64,000 nt of DNA, from positions 224,001 through 288,000 of IMG/VR virus record IMGVR_UViG_3300031555_004294. One strand, written 5' to 3'. The stretch's first letter is position 1, and each line of letters starts with the position of its first letter. The position numbers and the translations under genes are program-made. The DNA is from a virus (taxonomy: Duplodnaviria > Caudoviricetes). Below are positions 59,129 through 64,000 of this stretch, piece after piece. Below the pieces are notes generated by a model. That model did no database searches and was not told the DNA's origin. It saw only the letters and a program-made list of their open reading frames with translations.

Positions 59129-59457
59129 AACTCATATCAAAACAATTAACTAAAAAACAGTTATTTGATTTGCAATTCAAGTATGATATAAATCCTATCT
59201 ATAAAGTGCAATTCGTACTTTTCTGGGATAAAATTTCTATGGAACTTTTGTCTGAAGAATTTATGAGAGAATTTGCAGATTTTTTAGACTGGAAGCTTAT
59301 TTCTGATATGCAAGAAATGTCAGCAGATTTTATTCTAGAGTTCAAAGATAAAATAGTTTGGAGTAGACTTGTTTATAACAAAAAACTGTCATATGAATGT
59401 AGGAAGGAACTATATGAAAGAAGTGAAGGAAGATATCCATCCTGGGGAGTTTTTTAA
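59125..59457 (+). CDS. Tryptophan-repeat protein 1 of a tandem trio
   Basis: LTKKQLFDLQFKY; LSEEFMREFADFLDW. Confidence 0.75.
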   Translation: MKLISKQLTKKQLFDLQFKYDINPIYKVQFVLFWDKISMELLSEEFMREFADFLDWKLISDMQEMSADFILEFKDKIVWSRLVYNKKLSYECRKELYERSEGRYPSWGVF

Positions 59458-59899
59458 TTTAACTAAGAAACAGTTGTTTGATCTTAAATTTAAATACAGT
59501 AATCTCATTGTACCAGATGGTTTAAAAGGTCAGTATCATCTTAGAGCATTTTGGACTAATCTTGCAACTACTCAAAAATTGTCTGAAGACTTTATGAGAG
59601 AATTCCAAAATAAATTACCTTGGTATCTTATCAGTAGTTGTCAAAAATTATCTGAGGATTTCATTAGAGAATTCCAAGATAAAGTAGATTGGGAAACGAT
59701 CTCATTTAGACAGGAATTATCTGAAGAATTCATATTAGAATTCAAAGATAAATTAGACTTACAACTGGTTAAAGACTATCAAGTCAATATATCGAGAGAT
59801 TTTATAAATAAACTGATCAATGAGGTTTACAATGGAAGAATTTATAAGAGAGTTGACAACAAAGATGACAAAGAAACAAGAATTCGATTTAAAGTTTAA
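59414..59899 (+). CDS. Tryptophan-repeat protein 2 of a tandem trio
   Basis: LTKKQLFDLKFKY; QKLSEDFIREFQDKVDW. Confidence 0.75.
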   Translation: MKEVKEDIHPGEFFNLTKKQLFDLKFKYSNLIVPDGLKGQYHLRAFWTNLATTQKLSEDFMREFQNKLPWYLISSCQKLSEDFIREFQDKVDWETISFRQELSEEFILEFKDKLDLQLVKDYQVNISRDFINKLINEVYNGRIYKRVDNKDDKETRIRFKV

Positions 59900-60158
59900 G
59901 TATGACTTTAATCTACCGAGTGATGTAAGATTTAATTCTATTAAATACTGGTTTTACATCTGTTTAAAAAGAAAATTGTCTGAAGATTTCATAAGAGAAT
60001 ATCAAAATCATGTTTCATGGCTTATTATCAGTCAACATCAAACTTTATCCGAAGACTTTATAAAAGAGTTTAAGGATAGAGTAGACTGGAGGGCAATTTC
60101 TAAATTCCAAACTCTATCTGACGAGTTTAGAGAAGAAATGAAAGAGTATTTACGCTAG
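59832..60158 (+). CDS. Tryptophan-repeat protein 3 of a tandem trio
   Basis: MTKKQEFDLKFKY; QTLSEDFIKEFKDRVDW. Confidence 0.75.
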   Translation: MEEFIRELTTKMTKKQEFDLKFKYDFNLPSDVRFNSIKYWFYICLKRKLSEDFIREYQNHVSWLIISQHQTLSEDFIKEFKDRVDWRAISKFQTLSDEFREEMKEYLR

Positions 60159-60290
60159 TCAAAATTAAAAAGAAAATAACTCTCATTAAGAGTTATTTTC
60201 TTTTTTTTTGTAAGGTATATAAAAACCCATGAAAACATTTTATTAATATGACAATTTTGTATTCTACTATAAGGTAAAGGAGGAATATTT

Positions 60291-62324
60291 ATGTCAATTA
60301 TGAACGACAACGATTACATATATTTAGACGAAGCTAAAGATAATAAAAATCTCTATGGAAATATATTTGAAGGCATCTTAGGTAAAGTTACTTTAGACGA
60401 TAAAACAAAGACATTTAAGATTTCTAAAATGAATTTTAAAAAGTTCCTAATCCGTCTAAGAGAAATGTATAAATCTAGAGGTTTGTCTAATTTATTTGAC
60501 AAGCGTTATTCTGCTTGGTCTACTTTTATGTGGGAAAAAGAAAAGATTTCTAAAGATAAGATGAAAATAGTAGAATTGTCCGTTCCTTTATTCTTTGCTC
60601 TTGAAATTTATAGTTTGTTTTTAGATATAGGTGAGTTTTATAAGTTACCTTGGTATAATAATGTAGCTAAAGGTATTTATAAGAAGACTTGGATTAGTAA
60701 TTATGAAACCAGAGAACAAGTTATAACTAATACATCTGCACTTTCTAAACTAAACTTTAAACCCAAGGATTACCAGTTGGAATTCATAAAACAATATGAA
60801 ACCTTAAAGCACATTTATGATTTGGAAGGTTATATTCTTTCATTCGACCAAGGATTAGGTAAAACATTTACAGCTATTGGACTAGCAGAATGTTTAGGTA
60901 AAGACCAAATAGTTATAGTTTGTCCTAACTCACTTAAGGAAAACTGGGCGTATGAAATAAGGTCTTACTTCAAGATTTATTCACTCAATGAAGAACATTG
61001 GAAAAAATCTGTATATGTACATGGAGTAGAAAAACTACAAAACTATACTAGACAAACTAAGTACATCATAGTTAATCAGGAATCAATTCCAAAGATCTAT
61101 GACTTACTCAAACCTAATAAAAACTCGATGATAATTGTAGATGAATCTCACAATTTTAGAAATAACGATGGCAAACGTACTAAGGAATTACTAGCACTTA
61201 AGGAAATACTAAATTGTAAGGATAACTTACTTATGTCAGGTACGCCAATTAAAGCAACTCCTGATGAGTTAATACCAGCATTGAGAATGATTGACCCATA
61301 CTTTACTGCTGATTTAGCTAGTAAATATGAAAAAGCATTTAGTAGTGACTCTGTAGAAATCTCTAGAATTGTTAAAAACAGATTCAGTCGTACTATTTAT
61401 AGACGAACTAAAGATGAAGTTTTAAAACTACCTGAGAAACATATCAGAGAACTTTATGTAAAAGTAACCAATGAAGAAGAATTTTATTTATCTACGTTAC
61501 AGAATCTTATAGCTGAAGAATTTTCAAAGGTCTATAAAGAAAAACTAACACATCTAAAAGCTTACCAATCTGAGTTTAATGGACTTGTAGAAAAATATTC
61601 ATCTGCATCACCAAAAGAAACTAAAGATTACTTAGATTTCATTAATTGTCGTGTTGATCCAACTAAAAATGATATAATTATACATGAACGTCGTGAAGAA
61701 ATCTATAAAAAATTCTTAGAAACATATGTGTTCCCTAATATAAAGAACGATAAAGACAAAGAAAGATTAAAATTCCTGTTAACACAGTATGTCTATATGG
61801 TTAACTCTGCTAGAGGAATTGCTCTTGGTAAAATCTTACCTAAAGCTAGAACTAAATGTTTCATTGAGATGTGGAAACAAAATAGACAACAGTTTTTAAA
61901 TATAATTGATGAATGTCCTAAGAAAACAATTATTTTTACCCAATTTTTAGGTGTTGCTAATTTTATAGCTGACGATTTACATAGTCAAGGTATAAAAAAT
62001 ATAAAAATAATTGGTGCAACTAAAAATCGAATGGATGAAATAAACAAATTTAAGTATAGCGACGAAGTTGATGTATTGATTGCTACATCACAAACATTAA
62101 GTACTGGCGTTACATTAATTGAAGCTTCACAAATGTTTTTCTTTGGTACTCCATATCGTAGTACTGATTTTGATCAAGCTTGTGACAGAATATACCGTAT
62201 AGGACAGACTTTAGATGTGTATATTTATAATGTACTTTTAGCAAGTAAAGAGAAAAATATTTCAAATCGTATTAATGACATTATGGGATGGTCCGAAGAA
62301 ATGTTTGATAGCATGATAGAATAA
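60291..62324 (+). CDS. SNF2-like SF2 helicase/ATPase
   Basis: DQGLGKT, IVDESH, MSGTP, STGVTL, QACDRIYRIGQ. Confidence 0.9.
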   Translation: MSIMNDNDYIYLDEAKDNKNLYGNIFEGILGKVTLDDKTKTFKISKMNFKKFLIRLREMYKSRGLSNLFDKRYSAWSTFMWEKEKISKDKMKIVELSVPLFFALEIYSLFLDIGEFYKLPWYNNVAKGIYKKTWISNYETREQVITNTSALSKLNFKPKDYQLEFIKQYETLKHIYDLEGYILSFDQGLGKTFTAIGLAECLGKDQIVIVCPNSLKENWAYEIRSYFKIYSLNEEHWKKSVYVHGVEKLQNYTRQTKYIIVNQESIPKIYDLLKPNKNSMIIVDESHNFRNNDGKRTKELLALKEILNCKDNLLMSGTPIKATPDELIPALRMIDPYFTADLASKYEKAFSSDSVEISRIVKNRFSRTIYRRTKDEVLKLPEKHIRELYVKVTNEEEFYLSTLQNLIAEEFSKVYKEKLTHLKAYQSEFNGLVEKYSSASPKETKDYLDFINCRVDPTKNDIIIHERREEIYKKFLETYVFPNIKNDKDKERLKFLLTQYVYMVNSARGIALGKILPKARTKCFIEMWKQNRQQFLNIIDECPKKTIIFTQFLGVANFIADDLHSQGIKNIKIIGATKNRMDEINKFKYSDEVDVLIATSQTLSTGVTLIEASQMFFFGTPYRSTDFDQACDRIYRIGQTLDVYIYNVLLASKEKNISNRINDIMGWSEEMFDSMIE

Positions 62325-62383
62325 AGAAAACAAAAATAAGTATGATAATCTCTGTTATAAGAGAAAGGAAGGTAATTATAGAA

Positions 62384-62992
62384 ATGGCAACTAAAATGAA
62401 AAAAGATACTACTTTACTAGATGAAGCTGAATCTCTAGTAAAAAATATAGATTTGTGTGATCTCATTGATGACGAATTTGATGAGAAAGAAAAAATAACT
62501 CCAGAAGAATTAGAAAAAGCTAGAAAAAGATATTTGAAAGAACAATACTTAAAGAAACTTGATGATGCTGAACGAGAACTATCTAAATTCAGCCATAAGG
62601 ACTATGATGTTAGTGATATTAAGAATGATCTAGTTATTAGAAACTTCTTTTCAACATTTGGAAAAGATATTTACATGATCATGGAGCCAGAAACTTATGA
62701 TAATGGAACTAGACTAATCAGAGATGAAAGATTAATCAGACAAATTAAAGATAAGAAGTTCCAAAAGTATGTTACCATTCGTAAAAGTTTACATGCATTT
62801 AAGAAAAAACTAGAAAAAACAGATAGTCCTAACAAAGATTATCTAAACACTGAGATAATGACCATCACCAAACGTCTTGATGCTTATATCTCTTCTTACT
62901 TGCTAGTACTGTTAGTTTTAAGCAATACTGAGCAAATGACTGATTATGTTTGTTGCAAATTAAAACAGAAAAAAGAACATAATATTAAATAG
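62384..62992 (+). CDS. Hypothetical protein
   Basis: Start at MATKMK after AAGGAAGG. Confidence 0.7.
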   Translation: MATKMKKDTTLLDEAESLVKNIDLCDLIDDEFDEKEKITPEELEKARKRYLKEQYLKKLDDAERELSKFSHKDYDVSDIKNDLVIRNFFSTFGKDIYMIMEPETYDNGTRLIRDERLIRQIKDKKFQKYVTIRKSLHAFKKKLEKTDSPNKDYLNTEIMTITKRLDAYISSYLLVLLVLSNTEQMTDYVCCKLKQKKEHNIK

Positions 62993-63217
62993 GCAAGCGA
63001 ATTGTTTATAATGTCTTAAGCATGAAACCCTTTGTTTAAGAGCTATAGACGAGTGTAGATTATTTTAAATTTGACATTTTGTTAATGTTTCTCGCACAAT
63101 TTTCAAATTTAAAGTAGGGTGATCGTGTAAACTCATGTCTATATTACCTTGCTGAATAATTGTTCCTTAACAAGAACAATTGGTCGTAAAAATAATTGTG
63201 GTGTTTGTATTTTTACG
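62993..63217 (+). ncRNA. Candidate structured non-coding RNA (multi-stem)
   Basis: Five nested or adjacent inverted repeats with G-U pairs favouring the + strand (see findings). Confidence 0.4.
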
Positions 63218-63280
63218 CTTTTTTGGGGAGCGTGGGTTTTGATTTTTTCTTCTTTTTTTTTATCCTTTTGAATAAAAACA

Positions 63281-63312
63281 TGAGAGTAACTACCATATGG
63301 TAGTTACTCTCA
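63281..63312. terminator. Hairpin/terminator
   Basis: TGAGAGTAACTACCA-TA-TGGTAGTTACTCTCA perfect inverted repeat. Confidence 0.75.
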
Positions 63313-63321
63313 AACCTTTAC

Positions 63322-63477
63322 TTACTTTTCAGATTTAGTTTTATAGTTGTCACTAAAGTTAAAGGAAGCCAAAGTACCATCTTCAGTAATTACACTACTG
63401 TAATCTTCTTTTTTAGTTTGTCTTCTCTTTCTTTCTTCCTCTTCTTGTAACTTCTTACGTCTTTCTAATTCAGTCAT
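63322..63477 (-). CDS. Small charged hypothetical protein (51 aa)
   Basis: Not in the ORF track; MTELERRKKLQEEEERKRR... after an AGGAGGG RBS. Confidence 0.55.
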   Translation of the reverse strand: MTELERRKKLQEEEERKRRQTKKEDYSSVITEDGTLASFNFSDNYKTKSEK

Positions 63478-63491
63478 TTTTATACCCTCCT

Positions 63492-63998
63492 TTAATCAAA
63501 TTTTTTGGTTATAGATTTACCTTTATACTTACCTTTTTTATAAAACTCTAAGTATTCCTTCAATGTATGAACTTTATTATCATGACTTCCAATATACACG
63601 TCAATATGTCCATCAGCTGGTATGTTCCAATACTCTTTTTCACCATGAATGTGAGCATGTACATTTATCTTATCTCTTGGATGTACTGGACAATGTGAGA
63701 AGATATATTTGTCAGTTTCTATAATGTCTGTGACAAATGTAAATCCCATATCATAGTAATCTTTAAGATTTAGATTGTCATGATTACCTAAAAGCAATAT
63801 TTTCTTACTAACATTCAGTTTACTAACGAAATCTGAAATGTATTCTTTCTGTAATTGACCTTTATTTCCAATGTCACCACAAATCATCAATGTTCCATCA
63901 ATTGGAACTTTAGCATTGATCTCACTAATCATTAGATTTGCAAAATTAGCAGAATTACGATTCTTGTGGTTTAAATGTAAATCTGCAGTGATAAACAT
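63492..63998 (-). CDS. Calcineurin-like metallophosphoesterase (may extend beyond the window)
   Basis: TADLHLNH, CGDI, LGNHD, SHCP, HAHIH. Confidence 0.85.
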   Translation of the reverse strand: MFITADLHLNHKNRNSANFANLMISEINAKVPIDGTLMICGDIGNKGQLQKEYISDFVSKLNVSKKILLLGNHDNLNLKDYYDMGFTFVTDIIETDKYIFSHCPVHPRDKINVHAHIHGEKEYWNIPADGHIDVYIGSHDNKVHTLKEYLEFYKKGKYKGKSITKKFD

Positions 63999-64000
63999 GT

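Noticed and set aside
1-64000. Stop-codon reassignment, tRNA/rRNA genes, introns or inteins
   Set aside because: Conserved genes are intact under the standard code and use TAA, TAG and TGA as stops. No cloverleaf, rRNA-like segment or intein/intron interruption was recognised by eye; tRNAscan and Infernal were not run.

Overview
AT-rich (roughly 30% GC by eye), gene-dense window of a jumbo bacteriophage genome of the phiKZ/AR9(PBS1)-like type, standard genetic code. It carries two split multisubunit RNA-polymerase beta-like genes, gyrB/gyrA, nrdD/nrdG, NAD-dependent ligase, a UvsX/RecA-like recombinase, SF1 and SF2 helicases, HU, deaminases, a baseplate-spike fragment and probable virion genes. 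Homologues of SpoIIID, SleB, DUF4314 and DUF1653 point to a spore-forming Clostridia/Bacillota host. The standout feature is an RNA-guided system. Three non-coding arrays (21406-21816 +, 28186-28696 +, 38488-38997 -; about 39 units in total) have a 36-nt period in which two different 9-nt repeats (AATGAATCA and AYAGTATCA) alternate with about 9-nt variable spacers. One array lies directly downstream of a gene for an IS110/Nop-domain protein with no visible RuvC or HNH nuclease (39064-40113 -). This matches the TIGR-Tas architecture (nuclease-less TasA type), here with two distant satellite arrays; one of them has its own phage promoter and terminator, and one spacer pair is shared between arrays. 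Also visible are two classes of phage promoter motif (YATATA-N9-DGTA and AR9-late-like AACA-N6-TA), a multi-stem structured non-coding region at about 62990-63220, dispersed RNA-repair genes and an expanded tryptophan-repeat family. All product calls come from motif recognition by eye; no database searches were run.
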